DNA of 64,000 bases, from positions 1,697,160-1,761,159 of the forward strand of contig OZ253452.1 of assembly GCA_965261425.1 (NCBI GenBank), given 5' to 3'. Below are positions 1 to 10,611 of the stretch, one piece after another (the first letter of the stretch is position 1; each line of letters starts with the position of its first letter). The notes under the pieces are model-generated. The model saw only the letters and a list, made by a program, of their open reading frames with translations, was not told where the DNA came from and ran no database searches. The position numbers were made by a program, and so were the translations under genes. This DNA is from Candidatus Spongiihabitans sp. GTDB taxonomy: Bacteria; Pseudomonadota; Gammaproteobacteria; Arenicellales; Poriferihabitantaceae.

Positions 1-793
1 GAACAGCATGGCCGCACAGTCGCTATTTACAGCGATAAGCACAGTATCTTTCGGGTCAATCATCCCCAAAATAAAGAAATAGCACGAGGGCGAATTAACC
101 CAATTTACCCGCGCACTCAAAACCCTAGATATTGAGCCTATTCACACCAATACCCCGCAGGACAAAGGGCGGGTAGTACGTGCCAATAAAACGCTGCAAG
201 ACCGACCGGTTGTCGATCCACGCTTACAGGGTATCAACTCTATTGAGCAAGCAGGCACTTTTTTGCCACAGTTTATTGACGACTACAACCAGCGTTTTAC
301 CCGCAGGGCACAAGTGCCGTTACCGCGCAACACACCCGACAATGCACATCGTGCGCTATTGCACAGCGTCGAGGAGCTTAAACTGATCCTCTGTCGGCAC
401 CATCAGCGTAAACTGTCTAAGAATTTAACCTTATCATTTTGTAACACCGAATATCAGCTGACTGGCTCTTGTGCCCTGCGGGTAACGGCAAGGGCTATCG
501 TCTGATGAGGAGCGACCATCACGCTCTGCGAAGACGGTGCTACGGGTTTGGTTACATTGCTATACAAAGGCAAGGCATTGGCTTATCGAACGCTCCAAAA
601 GGGAAAGGCCGCCGTTGTGATTGCCGATGGCAAGACCGTTCATAACCACGTTGAGCCAAGCACTTCACCGACAACAAAAATCCACTTGGAAACCCGCACC
701 AGATCATCCATGGCGGAGACCATTAACCCGTTATTCAACCAATACTGCCCCATAATGAATATAAAAAGGGGACATTACTGCTTTGGGTTGACA
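1..793 (+). mobile_element. ISNCY-family-like insertion sequence, copy A (3' part, runs off the left edge); transposase frame broken
   Basis: Shifting frames give YSDKHSIFRVN, LDIEPIHTNTPQDKGRVVRANKTLQDR and FLPQFIDDYNQRF, typical of integrase-core ISNCY/IS1202-type transposases. The signal is spread over at least 3 frames (ORFs 180-386, 263-505, 548-925). The copy ends at 768-793 with GGGGACATTACTGCTTTGGGTTGACA. The same terminus bounds the copy at 23130-24014 and the fragment at 52051-52231. Confidence 0.6.
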
Positions 794-829
794 GCCGCGC
801 TTCTGGTAGTCATCAAGTGGGCAGTTTGG

Positions 830-977
830 AAACAGCAAAAAACCAATATCCGTCTTTCCTGCGAAAGCAGGAATCTAGTAAAACAGCCAAACCCGCAAGG
901 GTTTTCCACATGTAATGCGACCTAGCGATGTTTTTTTGCACAGCCTTGCAAGCGGGAATCCAGTCTATCCATGTAAA
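830..977. repeat. R1 mosaic intergenic repeat (MITE/REP-like), copy a
   Basis: Contains the R1 core GGAAAACCCTTGCGGGTTTGGCTGTTTTACTRGATTCCTGC in reverse orientation. Flanking modules are TTTCGCAGGAAAGACGGATATTGGTTTTTTGC and CTGTGCAAAAAAACATCGCTAGGTCGCATTACATGTGG. The outer ends GCAAAAAAC and GTTTTTTGC are inverted with respect to each other. Confidence 0.6.
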
Positions 978-1051
978 TAAAAGCGATAACAAAATTATCC
1001 ACTCTGATATAATGTTGATAGCCTTTGCACGATAATCAACAAGAATAATTT

Positions 1052-1780
1052 ATGACTGAACATAGCGACTTTCATAAGGCTGGGCAGAAGATTTGGGCAA
1101 TCATCCCTGCTGGTGGCATTGGTGCGCGTATGGCAGCCGATATACCGAAACAGTATCTAAAAATTCATGGTAAAGCGATACTGCATCATACCTTGTCGCG
1201 CATTTGTGCCAGTTCGGTGATTGATGGGGTAGTCGTTGGTATTCGTCATCAGGACAATGGTTGGTCGAGAGACCCGTTCACCAATCCGAAGATATTGGGT
1301 ATCAGTGATGCGGGTGAGCAGCGGCGCGATACCGTTCTCAATGCCTTAAAATTTCTCGATTGTCGGGACGATATAGCACAATCGGATTGGGTTTTGGTAC
1401 ATGATGCGGTGCGTCCCTGTATCATTCAGCAAGATATACAGAACCTGTTGAACGAGGCAAACAGCAATCAAATTGGCGCGGTGCTGGGCAAAAAACTGAC
1501 CGATACATTGAAAATCACAGATCAGCATCACGCCATTCAACAGACAGTTGATCGGCAAAAATTTTGGCGCGCTTTCACGCCACAGATATTCCGCCTCGGC
1601 GATTTATTGACCGCTATCAAAGCGGCGGTTAGCGATGGTGTTCCGGTTAGTGATGAATCTATGGCAATGGAACGCTTGGGGTTCTGTCCGGCGATGGTCG
1701 AGGGTCATGCCAGCAATCATAAAATAACCACCGCCGAAGATCTGCATTTGGCGGGTTTGTTTCTACAGGTTTATTTCTAA
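1052..1780 (+). CDS. ispD: 2-C-methyl-D-erythritol 4-phosphate cytidylyltransferase
   Basis: 242-aa ORF with IWAIIPAGGIGARM...PKQYL and VLVHDAVRPC motifs. It is immediately followed by ispF. Confidence 0.93.
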   Translation: MTEHSDFHKAGQKIWAIIPAGGIGARMAADIPKQYLKIHGKAILHHTLSRICASSVIDGVVVGIRHQDNGWSRDPFTNPKILGISDAGEQRRDTVLNALKFLDCRDDIAQSDWVLVHDAVRPCIIQQDIQNLLNEANSNQIGAVLGKKLTDTLKITDQHHAIQQTVDRQKFWRAFTPQIFRLGDLLTAIKAAVSDGVPVSDESMAMERLGFCPAMVEGHASNHKITTAEDLHLAGLFLQVYF

Positions 1781-1793
1781 CGGAGTTTCAATA

Positions 1794-2276
1794 ATGCGAA
1801 TCGGTAACGGCTACGACATTCACGCGCTGGTCAAGAGCAGACAACTGATTGTCGGCGGCGTTGAAATAGAATGGCATCTGGGTTTGCAGGGTCATTCCGA
1901 TGCAGATGTGCTGTTACATGCGATATGCGATGCTTGTCTTGGCGCGGCAGCGATGGGTGATATTGGCATTCATTTCCCTGCCGATGATGACCAATATAAA
2001 AATTGCGACAGTCGGGTATTGCTCAGAAATGTTGCGGCGATGTTGCATCAGGCGCAATGGAAAATCGGTAATCTGGATTGCATCATCATTGCGGAAAAGC
2101 CACGCATGGCACCATATATTCCTGAAATGCAGGCGCGAATTGGGTCAGATTTGTCTGTTTCCCCGAATAAAATAAACATCAAAGCAACCACCACCGAGGG
2201 GCTAGGATTCATCGGTCAGCAACAGGGTATGGCTGCCCAGGCGGTTGTCTTGTTGGAATCGACCGATGCCGCTTAA
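1794..2276 (+). CDS. ispF: 2-C-methyl-D-erythritol 2,4-cyclodiphosphate synthase
   Basis: 160-aa ORF with [11 protein letters not shown] and [15 protein letters not shown] (metal-binding Asp/His signature). Conserved ispD-ispF pairing. Confidence 0.95.
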   Translation: MRIGNGYDIHALVKSRQLIVGGVEIEWHLGLQGHSDADVLLHAICDACLGAAAMGDIGIHFPADDDQYKNCDSRVLLRNVAAMLHQAQWKIGNLDCIIIAEKPRMAPYIPEMQARIGSDLSVSPNKINIKATTTEGLGFIGQQQGMAAQAVVLLESTDAA

Positions 2277-2623
2277 CTTGTTACCATGCGTCCTAATTGT
2301 TTGCCGCCCAGCAAGTGCATGTGTAAATGATAAACCTCCTGTCCGCCATACTCGCCACAGTTAATAATCAGGCGATAGCCGTTTTCAGACAGACCTTCCT
2401 GCTGAGCCAGATTTTTAGCAACAATAAGTAGATGTCCAAGCACCGCTTCATCTTCTGCGGTTACTTGGTTGACGCTCGGAATCGGTTTGTTCGGAATAAT
2501 CAGGATGTGGCTAGGAGCTTGCGGATGAATATCCCTAAACGCGGTAACTCGTTCGTCCTGAAATAAAATATCCGCCGAAATTTCTTTGTTTATAATCTTG
2601 GTAAAAAGTGTTTCTTCAGTCAT
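2273..2623 (-). CDS. HIT-family (histidine triad) nucleotide hydrolase
   Basis: 116-aa ORF with the histidine triad HLHMHLLGG. It is convergent with ispF. Confidence 0.88.
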   Translation of the reverse strand: MTEETLFTKIINKEISADILFQDERVTAFRDIHPQAPSHILIIPNKPIPSVNQVTAEDEAVLGHLLIVAKNLAQQEGLSENGYRLIINCGEYGGQEVYHLHMHLLGGKQLGRMVTS

Positions 2624-2740
2624 GGGAGAATAGGACAGTAGTAAGTTATAAGACCCCTAATTTTACAACATCAAGCCGTTTTTTGGGGTTCTATTGGGAA
2701 ACCTGTGGGTAGAGGTTGAGTTTTCAATTAACAAAGCTGT

Positions 2741-2833
2741 CTTTCCTGCGCAGGCGGGAAGCGGGAATCCAGTAAAACAAACAAACCTGAAAGGGTTTTC
2801 CGGTTCCATTTTCAATTCTCAATTTTCAATTAG
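2741..2833. repeat. R1 mosaic intergenic repeat, copy b
   Basis: CCTGCGCAGGCGGGAAGCGGGAATCCAGTAAAACAAACAAACCTGAAAGGGTTTTCCGGTTCCATTTTC followed by TTCAATT-type short repeats. The reverse complement closely matches the copy at 63080-63140. Confidence 0.55.
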
Positions 2834-2840
2834 ACCTCGG

Positions 2841-4106
2841 TTATCGGACTATTTGATCAATAATCAGTTTCACCATGCGGTTTTGGGTTTGTTCCGTTAT
2901 CAGTGTCGTATCGCTCACCAAATCCCCTGCTTGTTGAATAGACTTGTCGGTTTTTGACACTCTTGCGGTGACGGTTATTTCATCAAATGATGCGATGCTC
3001 ATATTGGGTAGCATTGCCATATTTTCGGTAAGCGTGATTTTAATCGGCAGGTCCTTAACGTGGTGCTTACTGACTGCCAACGGTGTGGCAGGACCTTCTA
3101 GGGCTTTGGCAAAAATGAAGACCAAATCATTTTTATCCGCCTGAGCAATGAGGTGATCCGCAAGCATCACTTCAACGCGGATGACTCTGCTGTTAGTAGT
3201 CGATGGGTTATCCGTTGCGACTTGTTGTTGCGTCTTGTCGGATAGGTTGGCGACATCAAGATCGCTAGTTTGTGCGCGAATACGCGCCATCAATCGTTTT
3301 ATTTTATCGGTCGATTGCGAATCGCTTGCAAGCAAACTCAAGAGGGTGTTCAGATGGTCTAGCGACTTGGCATATTCGCCCAAACTGTTCGCACCAAGGC
3401 TGGCTATCCACAATCCATTGATATGTTGCGGGTTGATTGCAAGTGCCTTTTCAATTCGAGTTTTGGCGGCAGGGGTATAGGCATTTCCTTTAGCCAGTAT
3501 TTCAGCGTCTGCCCAAGCGACTAAAAAGTCAGTATTTCCGACCATCAAAGTATTGAGTTTTTCATAGGCAGACATTGCCTTTTTGTATTCACCCAATTTC
3601 ATATACGTTGTGGCAGCAAGTTCCCAGCCTTCAGCATTGTCGGGGTCTTGAGTCAGTTTTTCTTCTAACAACGCGATCAATTGCGCTATTTCAAGTGGCT
3701 TATCTGACTGTTTGGTTGATTCAACCCCGCCAACCCCACCAATAGACGGCACAGCAAATTGCGGGCTACCCAAGTAACTGTACATGGAGAAGCTCAGCAA
3801 AGGGATGAGTACGATAATCAATACCCCCCAACTTTTGAATGCCACTGTTCTATCGGGCTTATTCGCCTTGCCATCGGTATGTAAATCTTCCAGCAAAGTC
3901 GCTTGCAGTTCGAGCTGGGCTTGCTGAAAATGCGCGCTTTTCGGTTGTTCGAATTTTGCGATTTCTCGCATACGTTGCCGAGCAATATTTATATTTTCGG
4001 TATCGCGGTTGGAGTCGATGATTGCGCGTTTATTTCTCAACGCAGGTAGAATTATCAGTATCGGTAGCAGAATAATGCCGATGAGGAGCAAGTAAAACGT
4101 CATCAA
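2841..4106 (-). CDS. ccmI: c-type cytochrome biogenesis protein CcmI (TPR protein)
   Basis: 421-aa ORF with an N-terminal membrane segment, TPR-like repeats (AEGWELAATTYMKLGEYKKAMSAYEKL) and a 4-nt overlap with ccmH. It is the last gene of the ccm operon. Confidence 0.8.
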   Translation of the reverse strand: MMTFYLLLIGIILLPILIILPALRNKRAIIDSNRDTENINIARQRMREIAKFEQPKSAHFQQAQLELQATLLEDLHTDGKANKPDRTVAFKSWGVLIIVLIPLLSFSMYSYLGSPQFAVPSIGGVGGVESTKQSDKPLEIAQLIALLEEKLTQDPDNAEGWELAATTYMKLGEYKKAMSAYEKLNTLMVGNTDFLVAWADAEILAKGNAYTPAAKTRIEKALAINPQHINGLWIASLGANSLGEYAKSLDHLNTLLSLLASDSQSTDKIKRLMARIRAQTSDLDVANLSDKTQQQVATDNPSTTNSRVIRVEVMLADHLIAQADKNDLVFIFAKALEGPATPLAVSKHHVKDLPIKITLTENMAMLPNMSIASFDEITVTARVSKTDKSIQQAGDLVSDTTLITEQTQNRMVKLIIDQIVR

Positions 4107-4615
4107 GAGGAAACTTTGTTATCTATCAGGGACTTGGCGTTGTCCATATCTTGTTTAGAAAATTTGGCATCTATTGGCTTGTCGGGGCGACGAATTTTGG
4201 CCAGCGCGAAGCCAATAATGACAATTAAAATCACAAAAGGAGAAAACCATAACAGCCATGTGGTGGGTGTGATTCGTGGACGATACAACACAAACTCACC
4301 ATATCGTACGAGCATGTATTGAATAATATCGTCATAACTTTTGTTTTGCTTAACCATTTCATAGGATTTTCGTCTGAGGTCTTTGGCAAGGTCAGCGTTA
4401 GAATCGGCGAGCGTTTGGTTTTGGCAAACCAGACAACGCAGTTCTTTGATTACTTTTTGATAGAGCGCGTGTTGCTGTGGATTGTCGAACTGTGTGCTAT
4501 CGACTTGTGCCGATGCCACTGATGGCATCAATAACAGCATTGCCATGATGGGCAACAGGCGCAAAATAGCGTACATTTTAACGACCAAGGGCATGACCAA
4601 AGAGCGGGCTTGCAC
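4103..4615 (-). CDS. ccmH: cytochrome c-type biogenesis protein CcmH
   Basis: 170-aa ORF with a signal peptide and the LRCLVCQNQ (CxxC) motif. Confidence 0.88.
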   Translation of the reverse strand: MQARSLVMPLVVKMYAILRLLPIMAMLLLMPSVASAQVDSTQFDNPQQHALYQKVIKELRCLVCQNQTLADSNADLAKDLRRKSYEMVKQNKSYDDIIQYMLVRYGEFVLYRPRITPTTWLLWFSPFVILIVIIGFALAKIRRPDKPIDAKFSKQDMDNAKSLIDNKVSS

Positions 4616-4617
4616 GA

Positions 4618-5178
4618 TTACGCATCCTCTTTTTGCAATGAAATAATCAATGGAATAATTTTATTTTGCATGTCATGCTCAGTGAGCTGTCCGCTGTACT
4701 TCAGGCGAACTACGCCCCGTTTGTCAATGATAAAAGTTTCAGGAACACCATAGACCCCATAGTCGATTGCGGCATTGCCCTGTTTGTCAAACCCAATGAC
4801 GTTGAAAGGATTGCCAAGTTGGTGCAAAAAGTCACGCGCATCTGCGGACGTATCCTTGTAGTCCAAACCGATTATATCGACCAGATTGCGACTCGATAAT
4901 TGCATCAGTAAAGGATGTTCGGCGCGACAGGTCGGACACCACGATGCCCACACATTGAACAACCAAACCTTGCCCAGCATGTCTTTTTCGGACAGGATTT
5001 GCGGGTCTTGAGTGTGATAGGGTGATTGATTTTGGACCGCTAAAATGGGTGCTGAAAATTGTGGCGCAGGTTTGCCAATCAACGGCGAAGGGACTTCACC
5101 CGGGTTAAGATTCAGCCCAATTACGAGAAAACCAACGACCACGACAAAGAGCACAAAAGGGATTAGTTTTTTCTTCAT
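4618..5178 (-). CDS. ccmG: thiol:disulfide interchange protein DsbE/CcmG
   Basis: 186-aa ORF with an N-terminal anchor and the thioredoxin motif WASWCPTC. Confidence 0.9.
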   Translation of the reverse strand: MKKKLIPFVLFVVVVGFLVIGLNLNPGEVPSPLIGKPAPQFSAPILAVQNQSPYHTQDPQILSEKDMLGKVWLFNVWASWCPTCRAEHPLLMQLSSRNLVDIIGLDYKDTSADARDFLHQLGNPFNVIGFDKQGNAAIDYGVYGVPETFIIDKRGVVRLKYSGQLTEHDMQNKIIPLIISLQKEDA

Positions 5179-5247
5179 GATGACTCCGATAATGATTTTG
5201 ATAAATGCGATAAACCGAGAAAATAATTCATGTTGATTTAGGCGGAA

Positions 5248-7215
5248 TTAGGCGGACTCAGGCACCAGATGGTTGGCAATTTTGGCAGTGGCGGCCTGTC
5301 GATATCGCCTATCGGTCGCCCCCAAAAAACCACCGCAAGCCATCATCAACGCACCCAACCAAATCCACCGAATAAACGGTTTGAAATAAATCCGCACTGC
5401 CCATGCCTGATTGTTTTCCAAAGGTTCGCCCAAAGCAATATAAATATCCCGAAAAAGTCCAGCATCAATTGCGGCTTCGGTCATGGGGCTTTTTTGTACC
5501 AGATAAACTCGTTTTTCTGGAAACAGTTGGGTTATTGGTAGCTCATTTTTTAATACCTCAAATTTTCCACGAATAGCCTGATAATTAGGCCCGGAAAACC
5601 GTTCAGTACCATTGAAAATAAATTGATAGTTGTGTATGGCATATTGCTCACCTGCCTGCATACGAATATCCCGCTCGACACTATAAATATGGGTCAAGGT
5701 AACGCCGATGACAAACACACCCATGCCAATATGGGCTAGGGTCATGCCATAGAAGCCCCGCGGTGTGGTGGTCAAACTGTGCAGTCGTCGTCCCGGCTGT
5801 CCTCTGTCCAGCAAACCTTTCAGGCTTAAAAGGATCACAAAACTTCCCGCAAACAAGCCCAAAGCCGCGCTCAGTGAATAATGCGGCATTGCCAGCGGAA
5901 TCAATAATCCGCTCGTTGCGCTGAGAGCCAAAACGGTGATGAGCGGGCGATTGATTCGTTGCAGGCGATCTTTTTTCCATCGCATCAATGCGCCGATGCC
6001 AATCAATAGCGTCAGTGGCAAACCGATGACTGTGAATATGATGTTGAAGTAGGGCGGACCGACCGAAATTTTACCCAGCCCCAGCGCGTCTAGAATCAAT
6101 GGATAAAGCGTTCCCAGTAAAACCGCAAAGCAGAGTACGCCAAAAAATACATTATTCAATAGCAGTGCCATTTCCCGTGAAATGCGCGTAAACTTAACAT
6201 GGCTGACGATGGTGGGGGCGCGCCAAGCGTAGAGTAGTAGCGATCCGCCAATGACGATGCTTAAAAATAATAATATAAACAGTCCTCGTGACGGGTCGGT
6301 GGCAAAAGCATGTACCGAAATTAAAACCCCAGAGCGCACCAGAAAGGTGCCTAACAACGACAGTGAAAAGGCAAGCACAGCAAGCAGAATAGTCCATGCC
6401 TTAAACACACCGCGCTTTTCTGTTGCGGCAAGAGAATGGATTAACGCGGTGCCAATGAGCCACGGCATGAAAGAGGCATTTTCTACCGGATCCCAAAACC
6501 ACCATCCACCCCAGCCTAGCTCGTAATAAGCCCACCACGAACCGAGCGCGATACCAATGGTGAGAAACATCCATGCGATATTAGTCCACGGGCGCGACCA
6601 ACGCGCCCATGCCGCATCGAAGCGACCGCTAATCAGTGCTGCCAGCGCGAACGCAAACGCCACAGAGAATCCAACATAGCCCAGATAAAGCATCGGTGGA
6701 TGGACTGCCAGCCCGATGTCTTGCAGGAGTGGATTCAAATCCCGTCCTTCCATCGGCACCAGCAGTAGGCGCGCAAACGGATTCGAGGTAAACAGCATAA
6801 ACAATAAAAAGCCCACGCTAATCATGCCCATGACCGCAAGCACTCTTGCCGACATCGACTCGGGAATAGAACGAGTGAAGATACTCACTGCCACAATCCA
6901 TAGGCTCAGAATAAAAGCCCAAAGCAACAGCGAGCCCTCATGCCCACCCCATACACCAGAGATTTTATAAAGCAACGGCAAATGAGAATTGGAATGATTG
7001 GCTACATACGCCACCGAAAAATCATCCTGTACAAAAGTATAAGTCAAGCAGCCATAAGCAAAGGCAATCAGTAAAAGTTGCGCCCGCGCCGCTGGCTTGG
7101 CAAAAGCAATCCAAGTTACAATGCCACGATGTGCGCCAAGCAAAGGAAAACTGGCAAGCAATAAACCAACCACCAGAGCGAGAATAAGCGCGAAGTGTCC
7201 GAGTTCGGGAATCAT
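5248..7215 (-). CDS. ccmF: cytochrome c heme lyase subunit CcmF
   Basis: 655-aa polytopic ORF with the WWD-type motif WGGWWFWDPVEN. Confidence 0.95.
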   Translation of the reverse strand: MIPELGHFALILALVVGLLLASFPLLGAHRGIVTWIAFAKPAARAQLLLIAFAYGCLTYTFVQDDFSVAYVANHSNSHLPLLYKISGVWGGHEGSLLLWAFILSLWIVAVSIFTRSIPESMSARVLAVMGMISVGFLLFMLFTSNPFARLLLVPMEGRDLNPLLQDIGLAVHPPMLYLGYVGFSVAFAFALAALISGRFDAAWARWSRPWTNIAWMFLTIGIALGSWWAYYELGWGGWWFWDPVENASFMPWLIGTALIHSLAATEKRGVFKAWTILLAVLAFSLSLLGTFLVRSGVLISVHAFATDPSRGLFILLFLSIVIGGSLLLYAWRAPTIVSHVKFTRISREMALLLNNVFFGVLCFAVLLGTLYPLILDALGLGKISVGPPYFNIIFTVIGLPLTLLIGIGALMRWKKDRLQRINRPLITVLALSATSGLLIPLAMPHYSLSAALGLFAGSFVILLSLKGLLDRGQPGRRLHSLTTTPRGFYGMTLAHIGMGVFVIGVTLTHIYSVERDIRMQAGEQYAIHNYQFIFNGTERFSGPNYQAIRGKFEVLKNELPITQLFPEKRVYLVQKSPMTEAAIDAGLFRDIYIALGEPLENNQAWAVRIYFKPFIRWIWLGALMMACGGFLGATDRRYRQAATAKIANHLVPESA

Positions 7216-7250
7216 CAGGAATAAAATAGCATCTGCTGGTCGTGATTGCT

Positions 7251-7703
7251 TTAGTTTGCGGTGTTGTATCGGTTTTTATTGGCGGCTTTTAGTGCATCAT
7301 TGACTTGTGGTGGCATATAGGTTTCGTCATGTTTTGCCAGCACTTGGTCGGCAATGAAAATGCCCTGCTGCATTTTTCCCGAAGCGACGATGCCCTGACC
7401 TTCACGAAAAAGATCCGGCAGGATTCCAGCATACGATACGGTAACGGTCTCTGCCGTGTCGGTGAGCGCGAAAGTAACCTGCAAATCGGTTTGGTTTCTT
7501 TTAACGCTGCCATTAACCACCATGCCACCGATGCGAAAATTAGTTTGAACAGGGGCTTGACCAGCAACAATCTGACTCGGGCTGAAGAATAAATTGATAT
7601 TTTGTTTCAACGCTAGCAACATCAGTCCAACCGCTGTGGAGATGCCGACGACTAACAAGCCGATTGCAATCAAACGCCGTTTCCGTTTAGTACGCATTTT
7701 CAA
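7251..7703 (-). CDS. ccmE: heme chaperone CcmE
   Basis: 150-aa ORF with a single N-terminal anchor and the heme-binding region [11 protein letters not shown]. Confidence 0.93.
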   Translation of the reverse strand: MKMRTKRKRRLIAIGLLVVGISTAVGLMLLALKQNINLFFSPSQIVAGQAPVQTNFRIGGMVVNGSVKRNQTDLQVTFALTDTAETVTVSYAGILPDLFREGQGIVASGKMQQGIFIADQVLAKHDETYMPPQVNDALKAANKNRYNTAN

Positions 7704-7861
7704 TTATCAACTTGGCTACGGTAAAACGCGGACAGTTGTCGAAGCAATTTTTTATGTCGGCATATCGGGGCGAAATAATGATACCCAAGCATGAACGCAA
7801 CAATGCCATAACTGAGCCAGATATAAAAACCATGTCCGCCCATGTTAAAAAACTCAAGCAT
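7700..7861 (-). CDS. ccmD: heme exporter protein CcmD (small membrane protein)
   Basis: Taken from an internal Met of ORF 7700-7999: [30 protein letters not shown]. It has the size, hydrophobic core and position between ccmC and ccmE expected of CcmD. The start codon choice is uncertain. Confidence 0.7.
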   Translation of the reverse strand: MLEFFNMGGHGFYIWLSYGIVAFMLGYHYFAPICRHKKLLRQLSAFYRSQVDN

Positions 7862-8663
7862 GGTCGCCTCGATATGATTGTGCCTCGACGGCTTTTGTAA
7901 CCTGCTGTTTAACCCATTGGGTTTGCCGTTCCTGATCCAACAGTTCGCAACGAACACGATTGAGCAGGCTGGCGACAAAATAAAAATTGATTGCGACAAA
8001 CATGATGAGCAGCGGAATCAACATTTCAAATTCCATTGTCGGTTGCCCGAGTTTCATCACCGTTGCGCCTTGATGCAGGGTATTCCACCATTCAACCGAA
8101 TAGTGAATAATGGGAATATTGACCACTCCGACTAAGGCTAATAATGCGGCAGCGCGGGAGGCGGTGGGTTTATCCTCAATCGCGCTAATCAATGCCATGT
8201 AACCAAAATATAAAAACAACAATACCAATTCAGAAGTCAGTCGCGCATCCCAAATCCAGTAAGTCCCCCAGGTGGGTTTGCCCCATAAAGAGCCACTAAC
8301 CAGAGCGCAAACAGTAAAGGCTGCACCCAATGGCGCGCAGGAACGCGCCACAGCATGACCGAGTTTCATTCGCCAGATTAACCCTGTGGCTGCTGCTATT
8401 GCCATGACCACATAGACAAACATCGACATCCATGCAGTCGGGACATGAATAAATAAAATACGATAACTGTCGCCCATTTGATAATCCATAGGCGCGACAA
8501 CCAAGCCGTAATACAAGCCAGTAACAAATAACAACAAGGCAATAAGCCCGCATTTAGTCGCCCATCGCTCGGCAAACGCATAGAAATAAGCCGGCGAGCC
8601 GAAGCGATACAACCACAGCCAGAATGGATTAGACGAACGAGTATGCGTATTGGAGTTTGGCAC
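7854..8663 (-). CDS. ccmC: heme exporter protein CcmC
   Basis: 269-aa polytopic ORF with the WWD motif WGKPTWGTYWIWDARLTSE. Confidence 0.92.
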   Translation of the reverse strand: MPNSNTHTRSSNPFWLWLYRFGSPAYFYAFAERWATKCGLIALLLFVTGLYYGLVVAPMDYQMGDSYRILFIHVPTAWMSMFVYVVMAIAAATGLIWRMKLGHAVARSCAPLGAAFTVCALVSGSLWGKPTWGTYWIWDARLTSELVLLFLYFGYMALISAIEDKPTASRAAALLALVGVVNIPIIHYSVEWWNTLHQGATVMKLGQPTMEFEMLIPLLIMFVAINFYFVASLLNRVRCELLDQERQTQWVKQQVTKAVEAQSYRGDHA

Positions 8664-8993
8664 GAGGATGGGCTAAATATTGGGTTTGTTTGAGTGATTT
8701 CAATGTGGCGTATTTTACTGCAAAGCGGTCATCGGGATTCACTTGTCTGGGTTCAGAAAGATATGATGCCTTTTTACGATCAAAAATCGGGTCGTCTTCT
8801 GTGATATTAGTGACTAAATCTAAACACAGGATACCACCCGATGCAGACACAAAACCTGCGAATCAAATCATACCGCAGTTGGTGTGTCAGTGACAATGCC
8901 AGCAATCCACTGTTCACGAGCCACTTATTACCGTCTCATCAACCAATACCGACCCATAATTCATTGGACTTGGCAATATTATGAGTATTATCA

Positions 8994-9105
8994 GAACCTG
9001 CGAAGCCTGTCCCCGCGTAGGCGGGGAGCAGGAATCCAGTAAAACAGCCAAACCCGCGAGGGTTTTCTACATGTAACGCATGCCTAGCGAGGGATTCCTG
9101 CACAG
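8994..9105. repeat. R1 mosaic intergenic repeat, copy c
   Basis: CCCCGCGTAGGCGGGGAGCAGGAATCCAGTAAAACAGCCAAACCCGCGAGGGTTTTCTACATGTAACGCATGCCTAGCGAGGGATTCCTGCACAG. These are the same modules as copies a, d and e. Confidence 0.6.
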
Positions 9106-9120
9106 TCCCTTCCGATCGCT

Positions 9121-9142
9121 TTTTGAATTATGCAAAGGTATC
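9121..9142 (+). repeat. R2 motif (TTTTGAATTATGCAAAGGTMTC), probable solo terminal repeat of an IS5-family element or MITE
   Basis: TTTTGAATTATGCAAAGGTATC. The same motif occurs at 14511-14531(-), 31009-31025(-), 31235-31251(+), 35269-35286(+), 35338-35356(-), 35464-35482(+) and 52233-52250(+). Confidence 0.5.
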
Positions 9143-9258
9143 AGATAGAAACTGCGAAAATCACCGAGTCTCCAGTAGAATCTTTTTTTCGAATCGGCTC
9201 TTATATGGGATAACATCAATAATCGCAATAGTGAGCCAAGCATTATTTGAGCAGGGGA

Positions 9259-10611
9259 ATGACAAAAGAAACCCAAATCGAACAAAGACTGATCGAAAAA
9301 CTGGTCGCGCTCAAATACGCCTACCGCGAAGACATCCGCGACCGCGATGCCCTTGAACAAAACTTTCGGCAAAAATTCGAAGCCCTCAACAGGGTCAAGC
9401 TGACCGATAGCGAATTTTCCCGCCTGCTGGATGAAATTATCAGCAAGGATGTCTTCACCGCCGCCAATATCCTGCGCCAAATCAACAGTTTTATGCGCGA
9501 AGATGGCACACCCCTGCATTACACGCTGGTCAATATCAAGCACTGGTGCAAAAACCATTTCGAGGTGGTCAGCCAGTTGCGTATCAACACCCGCAGCAGT
9601 CACCACCGCTATGACGTGATCCTGCTCATTAACGGCGTACCGGTGGTGCAGATCGAACTCAAGGCACTGGAAGTCAGCCCGCGCCGCGCCATGAAGCAGA
9701 TTGTCGAGTACAAGAACGACCCCGGCAATGGTTATGGCAATACCCTGATGTGCTTTATGCAGCTTTTTATCGTCAGCAATCAAAACAACACCTGGTACTT
9801 TGCCAATAACGCCGACCGGCATTTCAGTTTCGATGCCGATGAACGTTTCCTGCCGGTCTATCAGTTTGCCGCCAAAGACAACAGCAAAATCACTCACCTT
9901 GACCCCTTCACCGAGCAATTCCTCGCCAAATGCACCTTGAGCGAAATGCTCAGCCGCTACATGGTGCTGGTCGCCAGCGAGCAAAAGCTGATGATCATGC
10001 GCCCCTATCAAATTTATGCGGTGCGGGCGATTGTGGATTGCATTCATCAGAACCGCGGCAATGGCTACATCTGGCACACCACCGGCAGCGGCAAAACGCT
10101 CACCTCATTCAAGGCTTCCACCCTGCTCAAGGACAACCCGGACATCGACAAATGCCTGTTCGTGGTCGATCGCAAAGACCTTGACCGCCAGACCCGCGAG
10201 GAATTCAACCGCTTTCAGAAAGGCTGTGTGGAAGAAAACACCAATACCGAAGCTATGGTGAAACGCCTGCTGTCCACGGATTACGCCGACAAGGTCATCG
10301 TTACCACCATCCAGAAACTCGGGCTGGCACTCGACGGCAAGCACAAAAAACAATACCGGCAACGCCTCGAGCCACTAAGCAACAAGCGCATGGTATTCAT
10401 CTTTGACGAATGCCACCGCTCCCAGTTTGGCGATAACCATCAGGCAATCAAGGCGTTTTTCCCCAATGCCCAGTTGTTCGGCTTTACCGGCACGCCTATT
10501 TTCGACGACAATGCCAGCTATCAGACAATCGACGGGGAAGAGGCTTCGTTCAAGACCACGACCGACATATTCCAGAAACAGTTACACGCCTACACCATCT
10601 TGTTATACTCA
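9259..10611 (+). pseudogene. hsdR: type I restriction enzyme R subunit (HsdR), 3'-truncated by IS30
   Basis: N-terminal nuclease-like region, then helicase motifs RPYQIYAV, HTTGSGKTLTSF and FDECHRSQFG. The ORF runs into the IS30 terminus at 10612 after about 450 codons and terminates inside the IS. No hsdM or hsdS is present in the window. Confidence 0.8.

Noticed and set aside
2273-2276. ispF and the HIT gene share a palindromic TTAA that provides both stop codons
   Set aside because: This is real but trivial. It is a common consequence of convergent genes ending on TAA and has no functional implication I can support.
8629-8850. 73-aa ORF upstream of and overlapping the ccmC start (…ITEDDPIFDRKKASYLSEPRQVNPDDRFAVKYATLKS…)
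   Set aside because: It has no recognisable family, overlaps the ccmC 5' end, and has no obvious ribosome-binding site. It might be a fragment of a lost gene, but I cannot support a call. It does not resemble CcmA or CcmB.
9067-10077. 336-aa ORF antisense to the hsdR fragment
   Set aside because: It overlaps a well-supported hsdR reading frame with clear helicase motifs over most of its length, and its 3' end runs into the R1 repeat. Its own sequence is low-complexity (runs of V, A, G, D, L) with no recognisable motif. This is a typical antisense shadow ORF.
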